From Gemmatimonadota bacterium (GTDB taxonomy: Bacteria > Gemmatimonadota > Gemmatimonadetes > Longimicrobiales > Gaopeijiaceae): a stretch of 64,000 nt of DNA. The notes under the pieces are model-generated. The model was given only the letters and a program-made list of their open reading frames with translations, made no database searches and was not told where the DNA came from. How positions within the stretch are numbered: position 1 is the stretch's first letter; every line of letters starts with the position of its first letter. The stretch lies in NCBI GenBank assembly GCA_034521595.1, contig JAXHMG010000003.1, positions 64,001-128,000 of the forward strand, given 5' to 3'. The translations under genes were made by a program, and so were the position numbers. Positions 48,601-57,983 of this stretch are shown in pieces.

Positions 48601-49250
48601 GCTTCGTGGTCCTCCGGCTGGAGAAAGTGCGCGTCGTTCGTCATCACCGCGGGGAGGTCCAGCTCCTCGGCGAGATCGAGGACCTTCCGGTTCAGATCCG
48701 CCTGGCCTTCGGTATCGTGTGCCTGTACCTCGAGGTAGTAGCGGCCGTCGAAGAGGTTGGCGTACCACTCCGCGGCTTCTCTCGCGGCCCCCCAATCGTC
48801 GGCCATGAGATGACGCGCCACTTCTCCGGCCATGCACGCCGAGGACACGATGATCCCCTCATGGTGCCTGGCCATGACTTCGCGGTCGATCCGAGGCTTG
48901 TGGTAGAAGCCTTCGGTATAGCCGATCGAGGACAGCTTGACGAGGTTCTGATACCCCACGCGGTCGCGGGCGAGGAGGACCAGGTGGTAGTAGGCGCGCT
49001 CGCCCTGTCCGGAGCGGGACTTGTCGCGCCGGTCACCCGGTGCGACGTAGGCCTCCATCCCGACGATCGGCTTCAGACCTTCCTTCCGCGCCATCTTGTG
49101 GAAGTTCCAGGCCCCGAACATGCACCCGTGGTCCGTGAGCGCGAGACCGGGCATCTCGTGCTCCTTCGCCTTGCGCACGAGGTCGGTGAGACGGCTGGCG
49201 CCGTCGAGGAGTGAGAACTCGGAGTGCGTGTGGAGGTGGACGAAGCTCAC
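45675..49250 (-). CDS. dnaE: DNA polymerase III alpha subunit
   Basis: FVHLHTHSEFSLLDG (PHP), GPGRGSAAGS, PDIDIDF, KMDFLGL, YGFNRSH. About 1191 aa. Confidence 0.98.
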   Translation of the reverse strand: MSFVHLHTHSEFSLLDGASRLTDLVRKAKEHEMPGLALTDHGCMFGAWNFHKMARKEGLKPIVGMEAYVAPGDRRDKSRSGQGERAYYHLVLLARDRVGYQNLVKLSSIGYTEGFYHKPRIDREVMARHHEGIIVSSACMAGEVARHLMADDWGAAREAAEWYANLFDGRYYLEVQAHDTEGQADLNRKVLDLAEELDLPAVMTNDAHFLQPEDHEAHDILLCIGLGKDRNDPNRMHYDDGLYFKSADEMAERFPERPDLVENTLKIADEVDLVFEKKYFLPEFPVPDEHPDETAFLEHLALEGAKERYGDPLPPQAQERFDYEMGVIKGTGYAGYFLITQDFIRWAREQDIPVGPGRGSAAGSLVAYALGITNLDPLEFDLLFERFLNPDRISMPDIDIDFCYERRGEVIEYTRRKYGKDAVGQIITFGTMKSRAVVRDVGRTLGFEPGETDRIAKLIPNAPGQAYTVQEAVEGLQEVKELYEKDERHRQLFDYSMTLEGLARHASVHAAGVVIAPGPLDEYVPVSIQTGKNGNGDDAMAVTQYDMTSLEEAGMLKMDFLGLKTLTVVHDAVKMVEARHGILKNPDTGETYESIDEVPLEDPAVYRMMARGGTAGVFQFESRLANDKLRAMRCDRFEDLVATNALIRPGPLDSGMTDVFINRKLGREAVTYPHPSLETILEPTQGVIVYQEQVMRIASELAGFTLGEADMLRKAVGKKDAELIRKELGRFVERAVERGIEKPTAEDLAEQIETFGRYGFNRSHSAAYSLISYQTAWLKAHYPAEFMAALLSSVIDNTDSVVKHIGACRELPRFIDKLEDPVEVLPPDVNESGWKFTVTDDSEIRFGMGAVRGVGHSAVQSILDAREDGPFTSLFDFLERIDTRALNKRACEALIAAGALDAFGHRAQLLAGLDTAYGEVQARAAEIEAGQGSLFDDGSALAKKAPSLPSIPEWPESERLAREKAALGFFISGHPLDRFREVVQAFEGVSSDSLIEHAGQSVELPCVVTSVARQISRKDNSEWGKITVEDFTGTATVLAFRETWQECKDILRQDAAVVITGKVSSRERDEEEPPIFLDSARALEDVAEAGELAVQIELELGSEVPEEAFAKARDVLSAHPGTSPVWLQVGRDNGDQAPRLRSRSLGVTPDRDAMQELQKLFGRRNVRLVRRTRPRFEEEEQQPRRWNKASS

Positions 49251-49403
49251 TTCACGGGTCGGGCGGCGGGTCCAGGATGCGGCGAGTATGACTGATTGTA
49301 GTCGGCGCGCCGGAGCGGGCCAACCGAAGCCGCGGCCGGGGGCCCGATCCATGCGGATTTCGGTATTCCATCGTCGCCGTCGGCACGCCGTCGACGCGCC
49401 CGC

Positions 49404-49916
49404 TCAGCGTCCCGGCGCGGCCTCCATGGCAGGCATGCAGATCGCGAGCACGTAGTAACGGTCGAGCTCCGCGGTGGGCACCCGGGCTTCTTCGACGATC
49501 GCCTCCGCCTCGGTTCCCAGCATGCCCGTGACGTAGAAGTTGAAGAGGCAGTCGGAGCCTTCCTTCCTGAACCGGAGCGACGACTCGTTCGGCGCGTCCT
49601 GCGGATCGGGGGTCCGCGTCCATCCGTCCCCCCGGACCTGCTCGTAGAACAACTCGGATTCCGTGCCCGGGGTGTTTTGGGTCAGACCCGCAGCCGTGAC
49701 GCGGCAGGACGGCACGCGTTGGTCGGTCCGCCAGTCGTTGATCGTGTCGGGTGTCGTGACCGCGGCCATGCCGACCTTGTCCGTCAGCAGGGTGTGCGCA
49801 TCACGGCAATGGATCTCCTCCTGGGCACCGGCTCCGTCCGGGCTCGAAGCGTCACAGCCCGCGAGGACGAATGCGAACACGGGAGCGATGAGCAGGGTGC
49901 TGGTCCGTTCGAGCAT
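49404..49916 (-). CDS. Hypothetical lipoprotein
   Basis: Lipobox LAGC, four further Cys. Confidence 0.75.
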   Translation of the reverse strand: MLERTSTLLIAPVFAFVLAGCDASSPDGAGAQEEIHCRDAHTLLTDKVGMAAVTTPDTINDWRTDQRVPSCRVTAAGLTQNTPGTESELFYEQVRGDGWTRTPDPQDAPNESSLRFRKEGSDCLFNFYVTGMLGTEAEAIVEEARVPTAELDRYYVLAICMPAMEAAPGR

Positions 49917-49996
49917 GCTGACACCGGGGGCTGAGTTCCGAGGATGATTCGCTCGCGAAACGCGTGCCCTGCTTTACCCTCCCGGTCGGTTCCTGT

Positions 49997-50461
49997 TCAC
50001 CCGCCGCCGGCTTGCCGGTCCGGCTCGCATGTCTCCTCGGGATCCTGCTTCGGCCGGGCCAACCCGACCCAGAGGTAGAGCGTGGTGTCACGTGGCTCGC
50101 TCCACTTGAAATCGATCTCGAGCTTCGAGCGCATGCCGGCCGTGTACGTGAACGGGACGGATTCTCCCGCATCCGCGCTCACCTCCAGACGTCCCGGACC
50201 GAGTGCGTCCCGGGCGTCGATGTCCCACCGGCCCGAATGCCCTCTCCATACGTGCACGCATCCGGCTACGGTCACGCCCACCGTGGGTACGGTCACCGTG
50301 GACACGTGGCCCGTGCCGCTCCGTATCGGCACGCTTACCCAACCTCCGCCCCGTTCCACGCTCGCCAGTAGATCCTGGACGGTCTGAGCCGCCCCGGGAG
50401 CCGGGATGAGTGTGAGGCCCGCGACGAGCAGGCTCGTGAGCGCGATGGAGGGGAAACGCAT
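49997..50461 (-). CDS. Hypothetical secreted protein
   Basis: Signal peptide MRFPSIALTSLLVAGL..GAAQ, beta-rich, 2 nt from the upstream stop. Confidence 0.75.
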   Translation of the reverse strand: MRFPSIALTSLLVAGLTLIPAPGAAQTVQDLLASVERGGGWVSVPIRSGTGHVSTVTVPTVGVTVAGCVHVWRGHSGRWDIDARDALGPGRLEVSADAGESVPFTYTAGMRSKLEIDFKWSEPRDTTLYLWVGLARPKQDPEETCEPDRQAGGG

Positions 50462-50463
50462 GG

Positions 50464-51483
50464 CTACTCCGTGCAGCTGAACGAATCCACGATCGTTTCG
50501 AGCTGGATAATGTACTCGTACTTCTCGCGTCCGGGCGCGTACAACCATGCATCGATGAGGTAGGTGCGGTCCTGCTCGTCACAGGTGACCGTATACGTCA
50601 TCAACGGCCCTCCGGCCGGCCACCCGAGGTCCGGGGGATTGCGCCACTGGGCTTGGAGTCGGAGGCCCTGGCGACCGTCCAGCGTATGCGGTTGGACGGT
50701 CGCCGCATCCTCATCGACCTCCTGCTCCTGCGTGTAGTAGGTGTTCGCGATGCTCTGACGCCACTGCAGGATCTCCTCGGGATCGAGCTCTCCGGACGCC
50801 GGGCTCCGCCAGGTGACCGCGACCTGCCGGATGAGCTCCGACGGGTCCGGTTGATCGTTCCGGAAGACGAACACCGAGTCCTCGGTCATCCAGCGATACA
50901 CGTCGGGCACGACCACGCGGAAGCCCGCCTCCGCCGCGAGCGTGTCCGCGAGCGCTTGGTCCACGCCGGAGAAATACATGCGGGAGCGTGCATACTGGCG
51001 AAACTGCTGGTCGAGAGTCTCGGACACTTCGTCGAGCAACGACGGTAGGCCGCCGAGGGAACCGTCGTCCGGCAGCACGATCAGCCTCACCGTCTGCTCT
51101 CGCGACCAGACGCCACCGATGTCGTAGAGACCGGGGCCGTCGACGTCGACATCGTCGCTGGCCTTGTCCAGCGCTTCCTCCATCCACGGATCCGACAGCG
51201 TTCCGATGAGGAGCATCTGGCGGAAGCGGCGCAGGTTTTCCCAGTACTGCGCGTAGGGCTCCTGATAGGTGACCGTGAACGCCTTCTCGTCACGCACGGT
51301 CTGAATGGTGCGCTCGATCGCTCCGTAAACGGAGTCGGAGATCTCGGCCCAGCGTTCCGGGTCCGTCACGGCGATCACCGAATTCGCGTCACCGTAGGTC
51401 AGCCCCGGCTCGTCACAACCCGCGAGGGTCGTCACGAGCAGGAAAAGGATAAGTGAGGCGGGTCTGGACTTGGGGACAAGCAT
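50464..51483 (-). CDS. DUF4837-like lipoprotein
   Basis: Lipobox LAGC, C-terminal AGGP..TY...RTYLIDAWLYAPGREKYEYIIQLE. Confidence 0.78.
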   Translation of the reverse strand: MLVPKSRPASLILFLLVTTLAGCDEPGLTYGDANSVIAVTDPERWAEISDSVYGAIERTIQTVRDEKAFTVTYQEPYAQYWENLRRFRQMLLIGTLSDPWMEEALDKASDDVDVDGPGLYDIGGVWSREQTVRLIVLPDDGSLGGLPSLLDEVSETLDQQFRQYARSRMYFSGVDQALADTLAAEAGFRVVVPDVYRWMTEDSVFVFRNDQPDPSELIRQVAVTWRSPASGELDPEEILQWRQSIANTYYTQEQEVDEDAATVQPHTLDGRQGLRLQAQWRNPPDLGWPAGGPLMTYTVTCDEQDRTYLIDAWLYAPGREKYEYIIQLETIVDSFSCTE

Positions 51484-51503
51484 GAGCGTTCTCCAGCGAG
51501 GGC

Positions 51504-53618
51504 TTAGACCGTCTGTAGTAGCCGATCCGCGTCGTCACCGTTCCACGGACCCAGGTTTCGTTCGAGCAGCGCGTCGGGATCCGGGTCGCGCTCCATGAAG
51601 GCACGGAACAGCGTTTCCGGATCGTCCGCATCCCCTCGGGACAGGATGGCGCCCACGTATTCGCGGCCCGTCTCCCGGTTGAAGATGCCTTCCTCCCGGA
51701 AGCGGGTAAACGCGTCCGCATCCAACACTTCAGCCCAAAGATAGCTGTAGTACCCGGCTGCGTATCCGCCGGCGAACAGGTGCGCGAACGACGTCAGCCC
51801 GTGCAACTGCGAGAAGGTGTCGCCCGGCACGAACGCCCGGAAGCGTTCCTCGGCGAAGCTCATGACCTCATCCGCCTGGACCTCGTCGAGCGTCCGCTCC
51901 TCGTCGTCGGCCGCTTCGGACCGGAGCCGGGGCGCGAGCTCGCTGTGTAGCGCCAGGTCCACCGTACCGAGCGAGAGCTGACGCATCTGGAACCAGCCAC
52001 CCATGAAGCGGCGAGCCGCGATCATGCGTTGGTATAGCTCCTCCGGAAGCGGCTCACCCGTGTCGTGATGCCGCGCGAAGAGGTCGAGGGCTTCGCGCTC
52101 CCAGGTCCAGTTCTCCATGAACTGGCTCGGAAGCTCGACGAAGTCCCACGCGACGTTGATCCCCGCGCGTGACGGGATCTCGACCCTGGACGTGCAGTGA
52201 TGCAGGAGGTGGCCGAACTCGTGAAACGTCGTCTGCACCTCACGGTGGGTGAGGAGGGCCGGCCCGTCTTCGTCCGGCGGCGTGAAGTTGCCGCAGATGA
52301 CGCCGAGGTGGGGCTCGAACCCGCCTTCCCGTGGCCCCCCCGTGACGAAGTGGTTCATCCAGGCGCCTTGGCGCTTCTCCTTGCGGGGAAACCAGTCCGC
52401 GTAAAAGGCGCCGAGCCGGGTGTCGTCCGTTTCGTCGAAGATCTCGAAGTAGCGCACGTCCGGATGCCAGACCTCCTCGACCTCCCGCTCCGTGATTCGG
52501 AAGCCGAACGTGCGGCGCACGATCTCGAAGAGCCCGTCGAGTACCTGCGGAAGTGGGAAGTACGGGCGGAGGTCCTCGTCGTCGATGTCGTAGCGGGCTT
52601 TTCGGAGGTGTTCCGCCACATACGAAACGTCCCACGGCTCGAGCGCATCGTACCCGAGCTCGCGAGCATGGGCCTCGAGCTCGGCCGTGTCTCGCTCATA
52701 GTACGGGCGCGTCCGCTCGACGAGGTCCCGCTCGAACGAGATCGCGCCCTCCCCGGAGCGCGCCATGCGCTCCTCGAGGACGTAGTCCGGGAAGCTCTCG
52801 TATCCGAGGAGCTCCGCGAGCTCGTCCCTCAACCGGAGAATCTTCGCGATGAGCGGACGGTTGTCGTGCTCTCCGGCGCGGCACCGCGTGGCGTACGCGG
52901 TTCGGATCTCCTTGCGGAGCGCTCGATCGTGACAGTGCTTGAGGATGGGCTCGACGGACGGGTGATCCAGGGTGAGCAGCCAGCCGTCGAGATCCTGCTC
53001 GCGAGCCTTCGCGCGAGCCCGACGCTTCGCGGCTTCGGGAACGCCGTCCAACCGGGAGTCGTCCTCGATCAAAAGCTCGTAGCCCGCCGTAGCGTCCAGG
53101 ACGTTTTCGCTGAAGCGCTGCTCGAGCTGGGCCATCTCCACGCGGAGATCCTGAAGCCGCTCCTTGTCGTCCTCGGGAAGGTCGGCGCCCGCCCTGCGAA
53201 ACTCCGCGAGCGTCTTGTCGAGGTGCCGTCTCCGGAGACCCGTGAGGGCCCGCGCTTCCTCGGTGGCCTCATAGGTGGCGAAGCGGCTCCAGAGCCGGGT
53301 GTTCAGGGGCAGGCTGGACCAGAACGCCGAGATCTCCGGGAGCACGGCATTGTACGCGGACCTCAGCTCCGGGGATTCCGCCACGGACATGAGATGCGAG
53401 GGCGGAGCGAGCCGGTCCGAGAGGCGGTCCAGCACACGGTCGAGCCGCGCCACGGTGTTCTCCCAGGTCGGGGAGGCGCTGTCGCCCGCGATGGTGTCCA
53501 CTTCGTTCCGCGCCTCCCGGAGCGCGGCGCGGATGCCGGGCTCCACGTGCTCCGGCCGCATCCGGTGGAAGGGGGGGCGGAAGGTCTCGAGCAGGAGAGG
53601 GTTCTCTTCGTCGGTCAT
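51504..53618 (-). CDS. prlC: Oligopeptidase A (M3 family)
   Basis: NPLL, KRQGAWM, FHEFGHLLH, VELPSQFMENW, GYAAGYYSYLWAEVL. Confidence 0.93.
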   Translation of the reverse strand: MTDEENPLLLETFRPPFHRMRPEHVEPGIRAALREARNEVDTIAGDSASPTWENTVARLDRVLDRLSDRLAPPSHLMSVAESPELRSAYNAVLPEISAFWSSLPLNTRLWSRFATYEATEEARALTGLRRRHLDKTLAEFRRAGADLPEDDKERLQDLRVEMAQLEQRFSENVLDATAGYELLIEDDSRLDGVPEAAKRRARAKAREQDLDGWLLTLDHPSVEPILKHCHDRALRKEIRTAYATRCRAGEHDNRPLIAKILRLRDELAELLGYESFPDYVLEERMARSGEGAISFERDLVERTRPYYERDTAELEAHARELGYDALEPWDVSYVAEHLRKARYDIDDEDLRPYFPLPQVLDGLFEIVRRTFGFRITEREVEEVWHPDVRYFEIFDETDDTRLGAFYADWFPRKEKRQGAWMNHFVTGGPREGGFEPHLGVICGNFTPPDEDGPALLTHREVQTTFHEFGHLLHHCTSRVEIPSRAGINVAWDFVELPSQFMENWTWEREALDLFARHHDTGEPLPEELYQRMIAARRFMGGWFQMRQLSLGTVDLALHSELAPRLRSEAADDEERTLDEVQADEVMSFAEERFRAFVPGDTFSQLHGLTSFAHLFAGGYAAGYYSYLWAEVLDADAFTRFREEGIFNRETGREYVGAILSRGDADDPETLFRAFMERDPDPDALLERNLGPWNGDDADRLLQTV

Positions 53619-53809
53619 GGGGCCTCGGCGAGGGGCGGGTCAGGACCCGCAATCTATCGTCCCGAAGCGGTGCGTGTAGGGCCGATGGACGTGACCAGAT
53701 CTCCGTTGACAACCGCGATCCCGCTGACAACCTTCGCGCCATGCGCGCGGTGGGAAGTCGAAACGGGTCGGCTTCGCGGTCGCGCCGTCCGCCATGGAGG
53801 TTGAGCAAG

Positions 53810-53992
53810 ATGAGCCGTTCGGACTGGTTCGAGGGCGAGGTCGTTGCCGCCGAGATGTTCGCTTGGGGAGACGACGAGGAGGACCTGGACGACGATCTCG
53901 ACGAGGACGAGTGGGACGAGGACGACGATTGGGACGAGGAGGACCTGGAAGACGATGACGATTGGGACGAGGAGGACGACCTCTGGGACTGA
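53810..53992 (+). CDS. Hyper-acidic 60-aa miniprotein
   Basis: GGAGG RBS at 53796, MSRSDWFEGEVVAAEMFAWG followed by 40 residues of only D, E, L and W. TTGACA upstream at 53706. Confidence 0.65.
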   Translation: MSRSDWFEGEVVAAEMFAWGDDEEDLDDDLDEDEWDEDDDWDEEDLEDDDDWDEEDDLWD

Positions 53993-54083
53993 GCCGTCGC
54001 ATCGAGCAAAGAGGCTCGAGTGGGCTGGTCGCGCGCGCCTCCACGCTTCCGGTCGGTTTCGCGTGAACCTCGGCCGCGGCCGA

Positions 54084-55427
54084 TCAGGTACCGTCGGCCG
54101 TCAGCGTCCCATGCGCGGCCGCGGCTCCGGCGCGTCTTCCCGTGCTCCACGCCCACAAGAAGTTGTGCCCTCCAATGGGACCGAAGGCGTCGAGCACCTC
54201 GCCGCAAAGGTGGAGTCCGGGGTGGCGCCGGGCTTCGAGGGTGCGGGGCGCGACCTCGGCGAGGGAGACGCCGCCGCCGGTCACCTCCGCTTTCTTGTAC
54301 CCTTCGTCGCCCGTCCAGGGGAGGTGATACGCCGTCAGCGCTTCGACCAGGCGTCGGCGGTCGTCTCGACGAAGCTGCGCCAGTTGGGTTTCCGAGGGCA
54401 CGCCGCACTCATGGAGGAGTAGTTCGGTGAGCCGACGGGGCAGCTCCGAGGCCATGGCCGACCGCACCGTGCCAGGTCCGTGCCCCAGGCGAGCCGTCCA
54501 CCCGTCGGCGTTCGCGGCGCTCCACTGCACCAGGAGCTCCTGACGCTTTCCGTCGAGTCTCTGGCGGGTGGCCAGGTGCGACACGTCGAGCACCGTAGGG
54601 CCGCTCCATCCGCGGTGCGTGAACAGGAAGCCCCCTGTCGTTTCGAACGCGGGCTTGGTGCCGGGCGCGCGCAGCGTGATGGTGAGCGAGATCCCGGCCA
54701 GGTCCGCGTGAGGGTGGGGGTCGGCCGTCAAGGGAGTGAGCGCGGGATAGGGTGGATGCACGACGAGTCCGAGCCGCTCGGCGAGCCCGAGCCCGAATCC
54801 GTCGCTACCCGTCGCGGGGACCGAGAGCCCACCCGTGGCCAGTACCACGGCCGTGGCGTCCAACGTCGGAGCTCCATCGAGAACGACCCGCCAACGCACT
54901 CGGGAGCCGTCCTTCGAGCTCGCCGGGAGCACGTCGGTGACCCGGGTGCCGAACCAGAGCCGGGCGCCGGCTTCGCGCACGCGTTCAACCAATCCGTCGC
55001 GGACGTCCCGCGCCCGATGGCTCGACGGGAAGAGCTTGCCGGTCTCCGCCTCCAGCTCGAGCGGCATCCCGAGCTCGGATTCGAAGAAGGCGCGCTGCTC
55101 GTTCAGCGGCCATGCGAGGAGAAGCTTCCGGAGCGTATTCGGCGAGGAGTCGGTCACATAACGTCGGGGCGCGGCCGCCGCTGGGAGGATGTTGCACCGC
55201 CCTCCGCCGCTGATCAGAATCTTGCGCCCGCCGTCCGCGGTGCCCTCGACCAGGATCACGGGAGCGCCGGCCCGCGCGGCGAACAGCGCCGCCACGAGTC
55301 CGGCCGCGCCCGCCCCGATCACGACGACCGGTGCGGGGTCGGTGGCATCGGTGGACGATCCGCGCCACGACGGGCGGTCCTCGTTCGGCGGCGGGTCGGT
55401 GGCCCTGTGCGAGCGCTCGAAAGTCAT
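54084..55427 (-). CDS. HI0933/YhiN (BaiN-like) flavoprotein
   Basis: GAGAAG, GRKILISGGGRCN, LATGG.S.P.TGSDG, LFTHRG.SGP, AEVTGGGV, GGHNF..AW.TG. Confidence 0.93.
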   Translation of the reverse strand: MTFERSHRATDPPPNEDRPSWRGSSTDATDPAPVVVIGAGAAGLVAALFAARAGAPVILVEGTADGGRKILISGGGRCNILPAAAAPRRYVTDSSPNTLRKLLLAWPLNEQRAFFESELGMPLELEAETGKLFPSSHRARDVRDGLVERVREAGARLWFGTRVTDVLPASSKDGSRVRWRVVLDGAPTLDATAVVLATGGLSVPATGSDGFGLGLAERLGLVVHPPYPALTPLTADPHPHADLAGISLTITLRAPGTKPAFETTGGFLFTHRGWSGPTVLDVSHLATRQRLDGKRQELLVQWSAANADGWTARLGHGPGTVRSAMASELPRRLTELLLHECGVPSETQLAQLRRDDRRRLVEALTAYHLPWTGDEGYKKAEVTGGGVSLAEVAPRTLEARRHPGLHLCGEVLDAFGPIGGHNFLWAWSTGRRAGAAAAHGTLTADGT

Positions 55428-55576
55428 GGAGCCAACGATCGCGCCCTCCGCAACGGACGGACAAGGCCGCCGGCCATCCGACGACGCCCGTTCGACACTG
55501 GCAACGTTCGACCGGTGGAGCGAGTTTCCGAACCGACGAGCCGACCCCCATCCGCGACACCCTTCTAGCAGGTTCC

Positions 55577-56365
55577 ATGTTTCCGATGACGCTTTGGGTC
55601 CGCCGCCTCTTGCTGGCGAACATCGTGATGTTCCTGGTGGCGAATCCCGGAAGCCCGATCTACGGCATGCTGTGGCTGTATCCGCCCGCGGTGCTCGTGC
55701 GTCCGTGGACCGTGGTCACGTACATGTTTTTGCACGCCGGCTTCGGGCACCTGATCTTCAACATGATCGGCCTCTTCTTCTTCGGCCCGCGGCTGGAAGG
55801 GCGTCTGGGATCGAAGGGCTTCTTGGGCCTCTACTTCTTGTCGGGGCTCGGGGGAGCGGCCTTCAGCTTCCTGTTCGCGCGCGAGTATCCGGTGGTCGGC
55901 GCCTCGGCGGCGGTTTACGGAGTGCTCCTCGGCTTCGCCATGCTGTGGCCGCACGAGCGGATCTACATCTGGGGAATCCTCCCCGTACCGGCGTGGCTCC
56001 TGGCGGGCTTGCTCGTCTTCGGCTCGTTGTACGCGGGCATCAGCCCGGGTGAGGCTTCGCGCACCGCGCATTTCGCGCACCTCGGGGGACTCGCGTTCGG
56101 TTTCGGTTTCCTGAAGTGGTGGGATTGGAAGAAGGGTGGGGCCAAGCGGGCGTTCCAGAAGAAGATGAAGCCCGAGGCGGCGGCGCCGTCCGGGGTGGTC
56201 GGAGATCGCCTCGCCGTCTCGCGCTGGAAAGGGATCCCGGTCGATGGCCTCCATGAATTGAACCGCGAGGAGGTCGAGCGCCTGTTGGCCAAGATCGACG
56301 ACCACGGAGCCGGCAGCCTGACGACCTCGGAACGTGAATTCCTGGACCGGATGGCCCGAGGCTGA
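55577..56365 (+). CDS. Rhomboid intramembrane serine protease
   Basis: TYMFLH..FGHLIFNM, GASAA, AHLGG, soluble C-terminal tail. Confidence 0.93.
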   Translation: MFPMTLWVRRLLLANIVMFLVANPGSPIYGMLWLYPPAVLVRPWTVVTYMFLHAGFGHLIFNMIGLFFFGPRLEGRLGSKGFLGLYFLSGLGGAAFSFLFAREYPVVGASAAVYGVLLGFAMLWPHERIYIWGILPVPAWLLAGLLVFGSLYAGISPGEASRTAHFAHLGGLAFGFGFLKWWDWKKGGAKRAFQKKMKPEAAAPSGVVGDRLAVSRWKGIPVDGLHELNREEVERLLAKIDDHGAGSLTTSEREFLDRMARG

Positions 56366-56383
56366 CTCGGAGCCCTTGGTCGC

Positions 56384-56998
56384 GTGAGCGAGTCCAGCCG
56401 TTACGCCATTCCCGCCCGCATCCACCGGGTGGAGGAGACGATCCAACGAAGCCGGTTCGTCACCACCCTCGCACACGCGCCCGACGCCGACGCCGCGCAC
56501 GCCTTCGTGGAGCGGATCCGCAGCGAGCTGCCCGAGGCGACGCACCACTGCTGGGCGTTCGTCGCGGGACCTCCGGGGAGCACCGGGCACATCGGCATGA
56601 GCGACGACGGGGAGCCGCACGGGACCGCGGGCCGCCCGATGCTGACGGCGCTCCTACACAGTGGTGTCGGCGAAGTGGTCGCGGTCTGCGCCCGCTGGTT
56701 CGGAGGCGTCAAGCTGGGCACGGGCGGACTCGGCCGGGCCTACGCCAGCGGAGTCAAGCTCGCTCTAGAGCATCTGCCCACGGAGGAGCGGGTCGATCGG
56801 GTTCCGGTTCGGGTGACGGTCGGTTACCCGGACGTGGACGCGCTACAGCGGCTGGTCGCTGAGATGGAGGTGGTGGTGGAGGACGAGAGCTACGGGCAGG
56901 AGGTGCGCTACGATCTGGCGGTGCCCGCCACCGTGCTCGACGCCTTCGAGGAGGCCGTGGCCGAAGCGACGCGCGGGGCGGCGCTCATCGACCGCTGA
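56384..56998 (+). CDS. yigZ: YigZ/IMPACT-family protein
   Basis: RSRF, ATHHCWA, SDDGEPHGTAG.PML, RWFGGVKLGTGGL.RAY. Confidence 0.93.
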   Translation: MSESSRYAIPARIHRVEETIQRSRFVTTLAHAPDADAAHAFVERIRSELPEATHHCWAFVAGPPGSTGHIGMSDDGEPHGTAGRPMLTALLHSGVGEVVAVCARWFGGVKLGTGGLGRAYASGVKLALEHLPTEERVDRVPVRVTVGYPDVDALQRLVAEMEVVVEDESYGQEVRYDLAVPATVLDAFEEAVAEATRGAALIDR

Positions 56999-57053
56999 GC
57001 TCCGGCGCGACGGGCACCTCGAGCAGGCCGCGGTGCCGCGGGTCCGACCGCCG

Positions 57054-57659
57054 TCAGCGGAGGCGTGCGGCTCCGCGGAGGGCGGCTTCGAGCACGTCGA
57101 GCTCGTCGCTCCAAAAGACCCGCCACCCCTCGGCCCCCCGGCGCAGCTGCATCACTTTGACTTCCGACACCGACCCGCTGATGCGCATCTGCGTGCGGTA
57201 GACCACGTGTGCCGTGTCCGCCGCCTCCATGACGTGCCCGAGCACTTCGTCGTCCCGGTCGTGCAACGAGTGGGTCAGCCCCGGCATGTCGTCGGTCACC
57301 GTCGTGAGCGCTCGGTCGAAGACCTCCGGAGCGTCGAGGTCGGCGTAGCCCGCGGAATCCGTCCCGACCAGGTAGTTCAGCAACTCGCCACTCTCGTCGA
57401 CCTCCGTGGTCATGGTTACGACGTCCCGGAAGAGCTGCAGCGTCTCGGGGTCCAGGAACTGGGCGGCCGTGCTCCAGCGCGACGCACGCACCGAACGGAT
57501 GAACATCTCGGCGGCGGAGTCGGGCGTGGCCGTGAGCTCGGCCAGGGTCTGGGCGCGCGCAGCCGATGGCTGTCCCATGGCCGTCGTGAACAGCGCCGCC
57601 AAGAGAAACGGCAGCCGGCGGCACGAAGCTTCGGGGCGGGGAAAAAGCGTATGAACCAT
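57054..57659 (-). CDS. Hypothetical secreted protein
   Basis: Signal-like N-terminus (..ARAQ), coding-like composition. Confidence 0.72.
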   Translation of the reverse strand: MVHTLFPRPEASCRRLPFLLAALFTTAMGQPSAARAQTLAELTATPDSAAEMFIRSVRASRWSTAAQFLDPETLQLFRDVVTMTTEVDESGELLNYLVGTDSAGYADLDAPEVFDRALTTVTDDMPGLTHSLHDRDDEVLGHVMEAADTAHVVYRTQMRISGSVSEVKVMQLRRGAEGWRVFWSDELDVLEAALRGAARLR

Positions 57660-57727
57660 GGACCACGCTACCCCGCACGCGCGCCGGGGAGCCCGCCGTC
57701 GTCGTCACGGACCTTTTCTCGAAGTGG

Positions 57728-57756
57728 TTGAACCCGTAGAGTCCCTTTCATAGCTT
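57728..57756 (+). promoter_or_regulatory. Candidate sigma70 promoter for tRNA-Ile
   Basis: TTGAAC-N17-TAGCTT, 44 nt upstream of the tRNA. Confidence 0.5.
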
Positions 57757-57800
57757 AACCGGCCTAGCCCACCACTCGACACTCGCGGTTGGGCCATGCG

Positions 57801-57875
<75 letters not shown>

Positions 57876-57888
57876 CTGGACGGAGTGT

Positions 57889-57922
57889 GAGCCCCCCGAG
57901 GATCGAAATCCTTGGGGGGCTC
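57889..57922 (+). terminator. Hairpin downstream of tRNA-Ile
   Basis: GAGCCCCCCGAGGAT-CGAA-ATCCTTGGGGGGCTC, weak T-tract. Confidence 0.65.
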
Positions 57923-57983
57923 GAACATTTCGTTGGAGGCCGTGCCCGCTTCGCGGCCCCGCTCCCTCGAGCCTCATGACGCC

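Noticed and set aside
46488-49214. 908-aa plus-strand ORF, and similar long ORFs such as 52197-53804, 18939-20645, 13670-15103 and 35133-36737
   Set aside because: Antisense shadows of clear genes (dnaE, prlC, amidase and others), expected in high-GC DNA, with no motifs of their own.
45675-49250. Intein or split in dnaE
   Set aside because: Normal length, continuous motifs, no intein splice-junction signature seen.
53870-53990. GACGAG/TGGGACGAGGA repeats as a CRISPR array or VNTR
   Set aside because: No constant repeat with unique spacers. Better explained as codons of the acidic miniprotein.
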